Shown: piece by piece, positions 29,023-37,803 of the stretch
Layout: every line of letters begins with the position of its first letter
How positions within the stretch are numbered: position 1 is the stretch's first letter
DNA from: Thermoproteota archaeon
Lineage (GTDB): Archaea; Korarchaeota; Korarchaeia; Korarchaeales; Korarchaeaceae
Assembly (NCBI GenBank): GCA_027491395.1
Contig: JAOZFI010000039.1
Location: forward strand, 9,147 to 73,146
Direction: 5' to 3'
DNA length: 64,000 nucleotides
Translations under genes and position numbers: made by a program
The notes under the pieces: generated by a model
What the model was told of the DNA's origin: nothing
Database searches by the model: none
What the model saw: only the letters and a program-made list of their open reading frames with translations

Positions 29023-29777
29023 TCACCCAAATAGGCGTCTATCACCCTCGGGTCCTTGTAAACACCCTCAGGATCTCCATCGTATATTAGCTCTCCGTAA
29101 TTCATTACTAGAACCCTCTCTACGTAGTCGAACAGGATATCCAATCTATGTTCAATGATCAGGAAGGTCAGCCCGTACTCATCTCTTATTCTGACTATGT
29201 GACTGAAGATCTCCCTAGCCAGCTTAGGAGCTACACCAGCCGCGGGCTCATCTAATAGAAGAACCCTAGGCTCGGACATCATGGACCTAGTGATCTCAAC
29301 GAGCTTCATCTGTCCACCACTCAGCTCTGTGGCCCAATTGTTCCTCACCCTAGAGAGACCAAACTCCTTTATCGTCTTCAAGGATTTCCTTGCGTACTCT
29401 AACTCTTGATCCCTCCAGAGATGGTGCAGAGGGGCAATTAGCGGATTCTCACCCCTCTGATTTCTGTGGGCTACCATAACATTTTCGACAACGAGCATCT
29501 TTTCGAATAACCTCGGTACTTGAAAGCTCCTAACTACCCCTTTATGGTAGATGTCCCATGGATCCAGCCCTGTTATGTCCTCTCCTCTGAAGAAAATCTT
29601 TCCCCTGTTAGGCTTGTAGACCCCCGATATCACGTTGATAAGCGTGGTTTTCCCGGACCCATTAGGTCCAATCAGACCTACTATCTGACCCTCATTCAAA
29701 TCAAAAGTTACGCCGTCAACGGCTCTGATACCACCAAAATACTTGGCGACATCTCTAACCTGTAGGATAGCAGTCAT
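29019..29777 (-). CDS. livG: Branched-chain amino acid ABC ATPase
   Basis: FGGIRAVD, GPNGSGKTT, RSFQ, LDEPAAG, VIDAYLGE. Confidence 0.9.
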   Translation of the reverse strand: MTAILQVRDVAKYFGGIRAVDGVTFDLNEGQIVGLIGPNGSGKTTLINVISGVYKPNRGKIFFRGEDITGLDPWDIYHKGVVRSFQVPRLFEKMLVVENVMVAHRNQRGENPLIAPLHHLWRDQELEYARKSLKTIKEFGLSRVRNNWATELSGGQMKLVEITRSMMSEPRVLLLDEPAAGVAPKLAREIFSHIVRIRDEYGLTFLIIEHRLDILFDYVERVLVMNYGELIYDGDPEGVYKDPRVIDAYLGE

Positions 29778-29788
29778 ATATTATCACC

Positions 29789-29810
29789 AAAAAGGGGAGA
29801 GGGAGGAAGT
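29789..29810 (-). terminator. Intra-operon pyrimidine/U-tract after the Liv binding-protein gene
   Basis: Minus strand reads TGA-ACTTCCTCCCTCTCCCCTTTTT. Confidence 0.5.
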
Positions 29811-31148
29811 TCAGGGCTGCTCGTAGAAGGTCGTGGCCTTAGTAGTTCCATCATATTTGCCGATGGTCTTGAAGGTCCACTGACCGTCCACTATCCTTGG
29901 GGCCACGATGTCGTAGATAGGTACGGCAGCATCGCCGTACTCATCGAGCAGCTTCCATCCGGTCACGCCGTAGAAGTGCTTGCTTATGTAAGGAACTAGC
30001 TTCTGGAACACCCTGCCATCGTACTTGTGAGCCACGAGCACGGTCAGGCCAGCTACCCAGGCAGCATCATAAGCATAGAACGCGTAGGTGCTGGCCTCGG
30101 GGGACTCACCGAACCTCTTGGTGTACTTCTCTATGAACTCCTTCACTAATGGGTTTTCCTTGGATCCCACAGCAGGCGTGGTGGCCATGAAGTGCACGCT
30201 CTGCAGGAACTTGGCTATGTCCTCCTTGGCCTTGGGAGGCAGGAAGGTAGCCCTCTTCATGGAGTCAGGTCCGAACCACCTTACCTTGCTAAGCGTAGGG
30301 TCGAGCCTTGCAGCCTCGAGAATCTTTATACCGTCATCGTCGAAGGCTATTATGACAACGCCGGTCTCAGCATCGGCTCCGAAGTCGGCCACAGCAGCGC
30401 TAGCCCTCTCCACATCGGCGGAGAGGTCGGGCTGAGTGTGGTCATATATTATCTTAACGACCTGACCTCCGAGCTTCTTGAAGTTCTCCTCTATCAGGTC
30501 GGCGAGACCCTTGCCGTAGTCATCGCTCCTAGCCATTATAACAAGCTTCTTTATTCCCTGATCCCATATTATCTTGGCCAGAGCGGGACCTTGGTACTTG
30601 TCAGGGGACGGCATCCTGAAGCAGTAATCGTTCTTGACCATAGCAGCAGTTCCGGTGCTGCTCGGACTTATAGCGGTCATGTGGTGGGACTTGGCGTAGT
30701 CAAGTATGGCCTTACACTCGCTGGTAGCGAGCGGGCCAACGACCATCTGCACGCCAGCGGATGCGAGCTTCTCGTAGGCGGCAATAGCACCCTCAGCAGA
30801 GGTCTTGGTGTCCTCGTGGATGTATTTGAGTCTGACGGGAGAGCCAACCTCCTCTAGCATAGCGTTTATCTCCTCTATGGCTAGGATTGCCGCGTTTCTC
30901 CTCCTAGGACCGTCCACCGCGTAACCTCCAGTGACGGCGATGGCTAATCCGATTACATACTCCTTCTGCTCAGGCGCTGCAGCAGTTCCCGTCACGGTGA
31001 CTGTCTTGGTGACAGTCTGCGCACCGGCACCGCCCACGGTGACGGTAGTGGTGGACACGCTCACCTTACCAGGGGCGGCCACATAGCCCAACAGGATTCC
31101 TATGATGAATAAGACAATAGAAACTACTCCCCACGCTTTCGAACTCAT
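29811..31148 (-). CDS. livJ: Branched-chain amino acid ABC substrate-binding protein (LivJ/K-like) with TM anchor and Thr-rich linker
   Basis: AILAIEEIN, VVGPLATSE, ISPSST, FRMPSPDKYQG, DDYGKG, YAYDA. Confidence 0.88.
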   Translation of the reverse strand: MSSKAWGVVSIVLFIIGILLGYVAAPGKVSVSTTTVTVGGAGAQTVTKTVTVTGTAAAPEQKEYVIGLAIAVTGGYAVDGPRRRNAAILAIEEINAMLEEVGSPVRLKYIHEDTKTSAEGAIAAYEKLASAGVQMVVGPLATSECKAILDYAKSHHMTAISPSSTGTAAMVKNDYCFRMPSPDKYQGPALAKIIWDQGIKKLVIMARSDDYGKGLADLIEENFKKLGGQVVKIIYDHTQPDLSADVERASAAVADFGADAETGVVIIAFDDDGIKILEAARLDPTLSKVRWFGPDSMKRATFLPPKAKEDIAKFLQSVHFMATTPAVGSKENPLVKEFIEKYTKRFGESPEASTYAFYAYDAAWVAGLTVLVAHKYDGRVFQKLVPYISKHFYGVTGWKLLDEYGDAAVPIYDIVAPRIVDGQWTFKTIGKYDGTTKATTFYEQP

Positions 31149-31565
31149 TTACTCACCCCTTACAGGGCTTCTTAGGGAGCCTAGCGGTATTCCCCATTCT
31201 GATACTCTTAAAATTTACGGTAAAAGTATGAATGAGGCCATAAGCAGGCTCCTCTTTTGAATGGATTAAAATAAATTGACAAAGGTCACTATCCAAAAAT
31301 TACGTTGACATTTCCATCAATGACTTGAAGACGACGTCATTAAGTCCTAGAACGGCCGTTTTTATGGTATGACCTTCAGGATACTATAACACCCACATTC
31401 CCCTCTAACTAATGTAATCTGCCCCTGGATACATGTGCCAAGGCGAAATTGGGAGGGGCTTCAATTTACGACATGTTGACGATCTTTAGGGGTCTGGAAG
31501 GATATCCCACCCCCTTAACTAAAAATAGTTTCCCAACATGGAACATAATATTTTAACACAAAGGA

Positions 31566-32453
31566 TCAAGGACTCTTCGCTTGATCAGAGTGAGATCTGA
31601 GCCTTCTGTAACCGATCCAAGCCAAGGACGCGACTAGCAAGGGTATCGCTAGGAAAGCGGTTCCGACCACCAAGATATATATGGAACCCATCAGAGCCCT
31701 GCCCGCATCCTCAATTACCTTATCCCAGAAGCTCTTTTCCGTCGTGCCAGCTCCTCTCTTCTGGAGATTCACGTTAACGGTGGCGTAGTCCACCCTATTC
31801 CTCATGCTCTCCCTTATCGCCTCCAGCCTCTCTATTCTCTCCCTGACAGCTGAAAGGCGATCCTCTATCTCAAGAATATCTCTCACATTCTCTGCCTTGT
31901 TCAGAAGATCCAGTAACCTCTGCTCTTCAGCCCTAGCGTTCCTCAACCTAGCCTCCAGATCAACGAGAGCATCCGTCAGATCCACCGTGTTTATCTCCTC
32001 CAGTTTCACCTCACCCAAGGACCTGAGCTGAGGGAGCGCGTCGTCCAGGTTGCTCTTGGGTATCTTGATGGTGAGATATCCCCCGTCCTTAGTCACACTG
32101 GAGTGCTTAACGTAGCCACCCAGCGAGTAGGTTAGTTGTGCCACCTTATTTGCCGCATTCCTCACATCCTCTACTTCTAAGGCCATGGAAACCGTGATAG
32201 AGATGTCCCTACCGACCTCAAACGTTCCCGGGATGAAATCAGTCCCAGCTGAGGACTTGCCGTACTCCCCAGCAATAGCGGTCGTTCTGACGGTCTCTGG
32301 TTGGGGAGCCACGGGACCGTAGCCACCCTTCCCCTTCAACATTTCTCTGGTTCTTCCTCCTTGGAACTCCCTCTCTATTTTCGGATAGTAGATATATCCC
32401 GCCACGATCAGCGTGAGAAAGATTAACACCGCCACTAAATACCTCTTATTCAT
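31566..32453 (-). CDS. DUF4349-family membrane protein
   Basis: N-terminal TM, TIKIP, DLTDALVDLEARL, LEIEDRLSAVRERIERLE, VDYATV, C-terminal TM. Confidence 0.8.
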   Translation of the reverse strand: MNKRYLVAVLIFLTLIVAGYIYYPKIEREFQGGRTREMLKGKGGYGPVAPQPETVRTTAIAGEYGKSSAGTDFIPGTFEVGRDISITVSMALEVEDVRNAANKVAQLTYSLGGYVKHSSVTKDGGYLTIKIPKSNLDDALPQLRSLGEVKLEEINTVDLTDALVDLEARLRNARAEEQRLLDLLNKAENVRDILEIEDRLSAVRERIERLEAIRESMRNRVDYATVNVNLQKRGAGTTEKSFWDKVIEDAGRALMGSIYILVVGTAFLAIPLLVASLAWIGYRRLRSHSDQAKSP

Positions 32454-32526
32454 ACAGTCCCCGAACATAGGCAACTCATTCAACCTAAAAAGGGAGGGGA
32501 AAAGGTTCAATGGAAATTGAACCATT

Positions 32527-33393
32527 CTATTCCAAAATATTTGGATGGAACAAGAGGTGATCGGCCGCAACGGTCAGGACCTTCCCCCCGCACTCCTTCA
32601 ACATCTCCTTAGCCACCTTGTAGTGAGCACCCGTTGACATTCCTCCGAGCACCCCCTTCTCCGCCAACCTCTTTGCCCATGAGATCGCCTCATCGGGACT
32701 TACAGCTCTAACTTCATCCACGATGGACAGGTCTAGGTTTTCGGGTATGTGGAAGGAGTCGTAACCATCGATCTCTCCCTTGAACTCCCCCTCTATCCCG
32801 AACTTCTTGGCGATCTCCGAACCTACTGGCGTAACTGCAATTATTCTTGTATCATACTCCTCCTTGAGTGTACGGCCGACGCCCGTGATCGTCCCACCCG
32901 TCCCCACTCCCATGACGAAGACATCTACCTTTCCAACCTGCTCGATTATCTCGCGGGCCATGCTCTCCTGTCCCCGAGGATTCGCAGGATTTGAGTCTTG
33001 CATGAGGAAGTGAGCATCTCTTTCCCTCTGTATCCTCTCAGCGACGGAGAATATACTTCTAGGATCATCAGGAGGGACGTTGGGGCAGAGAGTGACGTGA
33101 GCACCTAGCCTCCTCATCAGAGATATCTTAACGGGACTGGCAGTTTCCTTAGCCACTATGTAGACCTCAAATCCCATCAATTTACCGTAAAAGGATAGGG
33201 CAACACCTGTACTCCCACTTGTGGCCTCTACTATTGCTCCTCCTATCCCCTTCCTGTCAATGAGATCTAACAGCATAGACACGGCCATCCTGTCCTTGTG
33301 ACTGCCTCCCGGATTCAGGTATTCAAGCTTGAATAGGATGCCATCTACCTCAACAACCGGAGTGTTCCCGATCTGCTCCCAGAGTTCAGCCAT
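32527..33393 (-). CDS. Cysteine synthase / cystathionine beta-synthase family PLP enzyme
   Basis: IGNTPVV, KLEYLNPGGSHKDR, GVGTGGTITG, GGMSTGA. Confidence 0.8.
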   Translation of the reverse strand: MAELWEQIGNTPVVEVDGILFKLEYLNPGGSHKDRMAVSMLLDLIDRKGIGGAIVEATSGSTGVALSFYGKLMGFEVYIVAKETASPVKISLMRRLGAHVTLCPNVPPDDPRSIFSVAERIQRERDAHFLMQDSNPANPRGQESMAREIIEQVGKVDVFVMGVGTGGTITGVGRTLKEEYDTRIIAVTPVGSEIAKKFGIEGEFKGEIDGYDSFHIPENLDLSIVDEVRAVSPDEAISWAKRLAEKGVLGGMSTGAHYKVAKEMLKECGGKVLTVAADHLLFHPNILE

Positions 33394-33445
33394 GACGGAT
33401 CCATGTAGGTGATACGGGCGAATAAATAAAAGGGGAGGCGAATCT

Positions 33446-33600
33446 TCAGCCAGCTCTCTTCATGAGTAGTATGGCGGCTGCTACGAAGACAGACAAGATG
33501 GGCAATTAGTGGCAACAGAAGACATATCTCCTCCAACTCTGTGTCTATCGGTTATTCTAAAGGCATGAACACATCCTTTTGTCTCACAGCTACTGCAGAC
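33446..33600 (-). pseudogene. Probable remnant of the C-terminal TM anchor of a lost surface protein
   Basis: Minus strand encodes LPILSVFVAAAILLMKRAG* followed by a CCTCCCCTTTT tract; upstream frames are broken. Upstream limit approximate. Confidence 0.35.
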
Positions 33601-33793
33601 CGAGGTAATAAATTAAGGTAGTTCATCGATCTTCACTAAAGGATTTAACCACTGATTACGTCTAGCTAGGAAGGATATGAGAGATCACAACTCCTTAAAA
33701 AATTCTATAAGCCGACAAAACGGGTTTCGGTCGCGCTCTATCTACATCTCGCTACCCCCCGCAAAAAAGATTGAAGGGGGGACTAACGAGGTG

Positions 33794-35482
33794 CTAATGA
33801 AGCCTCCTCCTCGTTAAGAATATGGTAATTAACGCTAGGATCACAATGAGCGGAACGGCTACGAGTAGAGCATTAACCCCTTCTCCTCCCGTCTCAGTAG
33901 TAGTCGTTATTTTAGTGACTGGGATACCGGACGTAGCTGCTCCAGTTTTGGATTTGGTAGTAGTCGAGGAGCCAGCAGCTCTTGTGGTTTTGGTTGTGGC
34001 AGGAGCACTTGAGGTAGCTTTAACCTGTTCACCTTCCAAGACCCTCACTCCCAACGACAGATTGGTTTCATATCCCCCACCTTGGGCCATCAGTAGGAGG
34101 GTGTGATCCCCTAGGGGTGCGTCAGCAGAAGCCCTGACGGTTACCTCTGTCTTAAAGGGTGGAACACCATCCTCTGGATCGAAGGAGAGATTTAGGCCTT
34201 CGGGCGTTTCCGCTCTCAGATGAACTTTCGACCAGAACTTGCCTCTAGGAATTAGATTAATTGAAAATGTTGTTGAGCCACCTCTCTTCACGGAGAGCTT
34301 GGTTGTCTCAGGCATGAGGAGGAAGTAGTCCTTTAAAACCTCTTTCTTTTCCTCCACCACTAATTTGACCGAAGCTCCTGAGAGGGAGAAGTACTCTTCG
34401 TCGTACCCGACTGGGACTGGAGAGAACTTGAGAGTATATTCACCCAACTCAGCGTTCTTACCAACCATCACATAAGATTCGAAAAAAGACCCATTGTCCA
34501 GAGGATGAACGTCTACGGTCACGCCATCTCCACCGAGTACCTCGCTTTTCACCTCTAATTTACCTAGGAATGTGCTATCTACAGCGATACGAAAACTGGT
34601 GTTCTCACCTGGATGCATGGTTAGAAGTGATTCGGTCATGGCTCTGAGGCTCACAGAGGGGCCTGTGAAGTTTATCATGAGGACTGGCGTGTACTCCGGA
34701 ACATTTCTCTTTTCAGTTAACTCTTTACTATAGAATTTCGCATAATATTGCGCTTCCTTTCTCAGGAACTCGTAGCTCTTGGCCTCAGCAGCTCCTCCCC
34801 CTCTGTAATTCGTGCTAGCTACGACCTCTTCCTCGCGGAAATACCTAGGTGGGTCTGGAGTTATCAGTATCCCGCAATTGGGCGCCTCTCCCTTCAAAAC
34901 GCGCCTATAGTAATCAGTGACGTTGAACCTATAATATCCTGTGCTCTTCTGGAACTTACCCAAAGTACCTTGATCTAGCAGGGTCTCCTCATGGGTTCCT
35001 CCAGCATCCCTCCATCTAGTTCCCTCCAACCTACTGAGCCATGAGACCTCGCTCTCCCTGAAGCACTCCTCCAGTCCATATATTTTGACGGGTATGCTGT
35101 CATAGGGAGTGTAGACATGTAGCTGGAGAATGGCTTCAACTACCTCAGAGCCCGGGGGTATGCTGCTAAGGTTAAAGTGGAGAAGTATATTCCTCTTATC
35201 CTTTACCTTATATATCTGTTTACATTTGATTATTTTATAATTAGGAGGATAACTGTAATCTATAACTATCTCGCAGTCGTATCTTGAAAGGTACTTGGAA
35301 AACCCTATTATCAAATAGTCCTCCAACCCAGCCTTCCAGTTGGATTTATCCTCCGCAACGTAGGAGTCAGATAGAGCGGGGATCTTCAAGGATGTGTGCT
35401 GAGGTTGAGCCGCCAACGGAATCAGGGAAGTGGAGAATACTAGGGAGAACAGCAGAATGAACCTAAATGAAGGACTGAACAA
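33794..35482 (-). CDS. Cell-surface protein: DNRLRE-like domain, Ig-like repeats, Thr-rich stalk, C-terminal TM
   Basis: DSYV...RNILLHFNLSSIPPGSEVVEAILQL, WRDAGG, FNVTDY; F.P..G.PPF repeat; TM followed by RRRL. Confidence 0.75.
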   Translation of the reverse strand: MFSPSFRFILLFSLVFSTSLIPLAAQPQHTSLKIPALSDSYVAEDKSNWKAGLEDYLIIGFSKYLSRYDCEIVIDYSYPPNYKIIKCKQIYKVKDKRNILLHFNLSSIPPGSEVVEAILQLHVYTPYDSIPVKIYGLEECFRESEVSWLSRLEGTRWRDAGGTHEETLLDQGTLGKFQKSTGYYRFNVTDYYRRVLKGEAPNCGILITPDPPRYFREEEVVASTNYRGGGAAEAKSYEFLRKEAQYYAKFYSKELTEKRNVPEYTPVLMINFTGPSVSLRAMTESLLTMHPGENTSFRIAVDSTFLGKLEVKSEVLGGDGVTVDVHPLDNGSFFESYVMVGKNAELGEYTLKFSPVPVGYDEEYFSLSGASVKLVVEEKKEVLKDYFLLMPETTKLSVKRGGSTTFSINLIPRGKFWSKVHLRAETPEGLNLSFDPEDGVPPFKTEVTVRASADAPLGDHTLLLMAQGGGYETNLSLGVRVLEGEQVKATSSAPATTKTTRAAGSSTTTKSKTGAATSGIPVTKITTTTETGGEGVNALLVAVPLIVILALITIFLTRRRLH

Positions 35483-35607
35483 ATTACCAGCCCGTTTAGT
35501 TAACTGTTAACTAACTTATTAGCATTACCATTGATTGAATTTATCAAGAAAGGAGCCCTCATTAGGCAGGTGCGATGATCTCACAAAAAATAAAACGTGA
35601 TTCCTCA

Positions 35608-36228
35608 CTAATTGCTGGCTTCAAGGATAGCTAAGCTGACTGCGAGCGCTGCCAGCTTAGATTCCGTTTGTGATTTACCTAAACCGATCACTAATAGGTC
35701 CCCCTCCGAGGGATGAAACGCTTCCTTGAGGGTAAACTCGTCCGCTGATCTATACCTGCCTAATGACTCCATGGTCTCAGGAAAGAGTAGCTGTCCGTCC
35801 TTGGTCATAAGGATGATAGCTCCCCTCCCTCCAGCCCTTACCGCCTCATCCCTGAGCTCAACGACATTGATTTTAGATCCGTAAGGAGGCCTCACCAAAA
35901 ATGCGATCACCTTACCCTTCACGAGATCTCGGAGATACAACTCCGTTGGGCCCTTCAGAAACTTTCTCAGTTCCTTGATTATCCTTAGACCCTTTTCCGT
36001 TAGGTAACATCCCCCCTTGTCCACTTCCAGATACCCAGATTCCCTGAGCCTCCTTATGAGGCTTCTCACACTTCCCTCTCCAATATCCATGAGATCAGCG
36101 AGCCTCTTCCTCCCAATGGGCCCTTCTTCTAGGAGCAGTAGCATCATTATCGCGTGTATTAAATTAAAATTGGGAGCTGGACCGGATAATCGCTTGATAG
36201 CATCTTTTAGCTCATCTAATACCCCCAA
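35608..36228 (-). CDS. Winged-HTH protein with DUF4443-like C-terminal domain
   Basis: PIGRKRLADLMDIGEGSVRSLIRRL, LTEKG, LRDEAVRAG, FPE. Confidence 0.7.
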   Translation of the reverse strand: MGVLDELKDAIKRLSGPAPNFNLIHAIMMLLLLEEGPIGRKRLADLMDIGEGSVRSLIRRLRESGYLEVDKGGCYLTEKGLRIIKELRKFLKGPTELYLRDLVKGKVIAFLVRPPYGSKINVVELRDEAVRAGGRGAIILMTKDGQLLFPETMESLGRYRSADEFTLKEAFHPSEGDLLVIGLGKSQTESKLAALAVSLAILEASN

Positions 36229-36299
36229 TTTGATCCGAGAAACTCCAGTAAACTTTATTAAATAACTTTTTGGATGGATAATCCATCCAAGGTGATTGG

Positions 36300-36740
36300 A
36301 TGGGAGAGAGGTCTTGGAAGGTCTTATCCCTTCTCCTCCTCGTATGGGCGGTAGTTGCCACTACACTCTACGTCAGCACAACTATAAGCGCCGAAAAAAT
36401 GGAGAATCAGCTAATTACCGTGAACATAGGTCTCAAATACAGGGATGGGAGGATAGAATGGCACAACTCCACGAAAGTGCCCTCAGGGAGTACCTTGCTT
36501 GACGCCACGGAGGTGGTGGCAAATGTCAATTATACGGTCTACCCAGGGATGGGCGCCTTCATAAACTCAATAAACGGTGTTAGGAACGAGAAACCGTACT
36601 ACTGGATGTGGTGGACATGGAACCCATCGATGGGATGGACTCTCGGACCGGTGGCAGCGGACAAGTACGTCCTCTCGAACGGGGAAACCGTACTGTGGTA
36701 CTATGAGGACACTAGCAAGTACCCTCCAACTAAACCGTAA
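36300..36740 (+). CDS. DUF4430 (transcobalamin C-terminal-like) membrane-anchored protein
   Basis: N-terminal TM, GAFINSINGV, YWMWW, GPVAADKYVLSNGETVLWYY. Confidence 0.8.
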   Translation: MGERSWKVLSLLLLVWAVVATTLYVSTTISAEKMENQLITVNIGLKYRDGRIEWHNSTKVPSGSTLLDATEVVANVNYTVYPGMGAFINSINGVRNEKPYYWMWWTWNPSMGWTLGPVAADKYVLSNGETVLWYYEDTSKYPPTKP

Positions 36741-36778
36741 ACCCTTCTTTTCATTATTGCCGCAGTTGAGCGGCTTCC

Positions 36779-36991
36779 TTAGGGAGCCGCTAGGAATGCA
36801 ATAATCCCGAAGGTAGCTGCCGTTAACCCAGTCATCAAGTGGATCAATCTGATATACTGGGAGAACCTCCTGAGCTTCTTTGGTATTACTAGAAGGACCA
36901 TCCCCGTGATCAGCGTTCCGATGCCGTACCACAAGGCGAGGTAGCCAAGTCCGTGGTGATCGAACACCAGGCCCTCGAGCACGAACATCAT
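36779..36991 (-). CDS. 70-aa two-TM membrane protein with His residues
   Basis: ATGA overlap with the upstream flavoprotein; FDHHG and LIHLMTG. Confidence 0.6.
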   Translation of the reverse strand: MMFVLEGLVFDHHGLGYLALWYGIGTLITGMVLLVIPKKLRRFSQYIRLIHLMTGLTAATFGIIAFLAAP

Positions 36992-37716
36992 ACCTTCCTC
37001 CCAACTGGAAACAGGTATAGAGGGTCTTCAGGACAGCTGACGATGTTCCTGACCTCTTCATCGTAAAATGCTCCCACAGCAACCGTACCTAGTCCGAGAG
37101 AGGTCGCTTGCAGATATATGTTCTGACCCACATGCCCAGCCTCCATGTAAACGTATCTGATGCCCCTCTCTCCGTATACCGACACTGTCCTCTCGAAGTC
37201 AGCTGCGATGATTATGCATACAGGAGCATCCTCGACCCATCTCTGACCCAACGCTGCCTTGGCCAGATCCCTCGAGAAATCTCCTGATTTCATTAAGTGG
37301 AGAAGGTGTCCGAAGGGTTCGTATCGATAGATCCCCGGGGGCAATCCTTCCACGCCTCCCTCCTTAACTGATACGTAGATCACAAGAGGATAGGTTGCCC
37401 CCGCACTGGGAGCCGCCCTGAAACCCTTCCGGGTGAAGGTGACTCCTTGGGCAGCCCAAAGCAACTGACCAATCTCCTCCAAGGTGAGTGGCTCCCTTAA
37501 GTAACTCCTTACGGACCTCCTCTTGTATATGGCCTCCTCTAAGCTCATCTCACCGCTCAAATTTGGTTCAGGAAGCGCAATATAGCTCTCCTCAATCCCT
37601 ACGAACTCCGATGAGGGTCTGTACTTCACTGCACCAGTGTATAGGGCTAAGTAAATGCTTATACCGATGAAAAGCAGGGTGAGGGGAATACTCCTATGTG
37701 CCGGAGGATATCTCAT
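36988..37716 (-). CDS. SagB/ThcOx-type FMN nitroreductase with N-terminal TM
   Basis: KRRSVRSY, LLWAAQG, RAAPSAGATYP, YMEAGHVGQNIYL, GAFYD. Confidence 0.85.
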   Translation of the reverse strand: MRYPPAHRSIPLTLLFIGISIYLALYTGAVKYRPSSEFVGIEESYIALPEPNLSGEMSLEEAIYKRRSVRSYLREPLTLEEIGQLLWAAQGVTFTRKGFRAAPSAGATYPLVIYVSVKEGGVEGLPPGIYRYEPFGHLLHLMKSGDFSRDLAKAALGQRWVEDAPVCIIIAADFERTVSVYGERGIRYVYMEAGHVGQNIYLQATSLGLGTVAVGAFYDEEVRNIVSCPEDPLYLFPVGRKV

Positions 37717-37803
37717 CCCTACTTTCCCCATAAGCTGGGGAAAAATATGTCTACCCAAACTTTTTAACTTCTGACCATTCAAAGGGGCCGGTGCTGCCCA
37801 TGG

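Noticed and set aside
31149-31565. AT-rich 417-bp gap with short palindromes (TTTACGGTAAA, AATGAC...GTCATT)
   Set aside because: Short inverted repeats are expected by chance in AT-rich promoter DNA; no repeated consensus and no ORF.
36988-37716. SagB-type gene as part of an azole RiPP biosynthetic cluster
   Set aside because: No YcaO, E1-like protein or precursor peptide nearby; standalone SagB-type nitroreductases are common in archaea.
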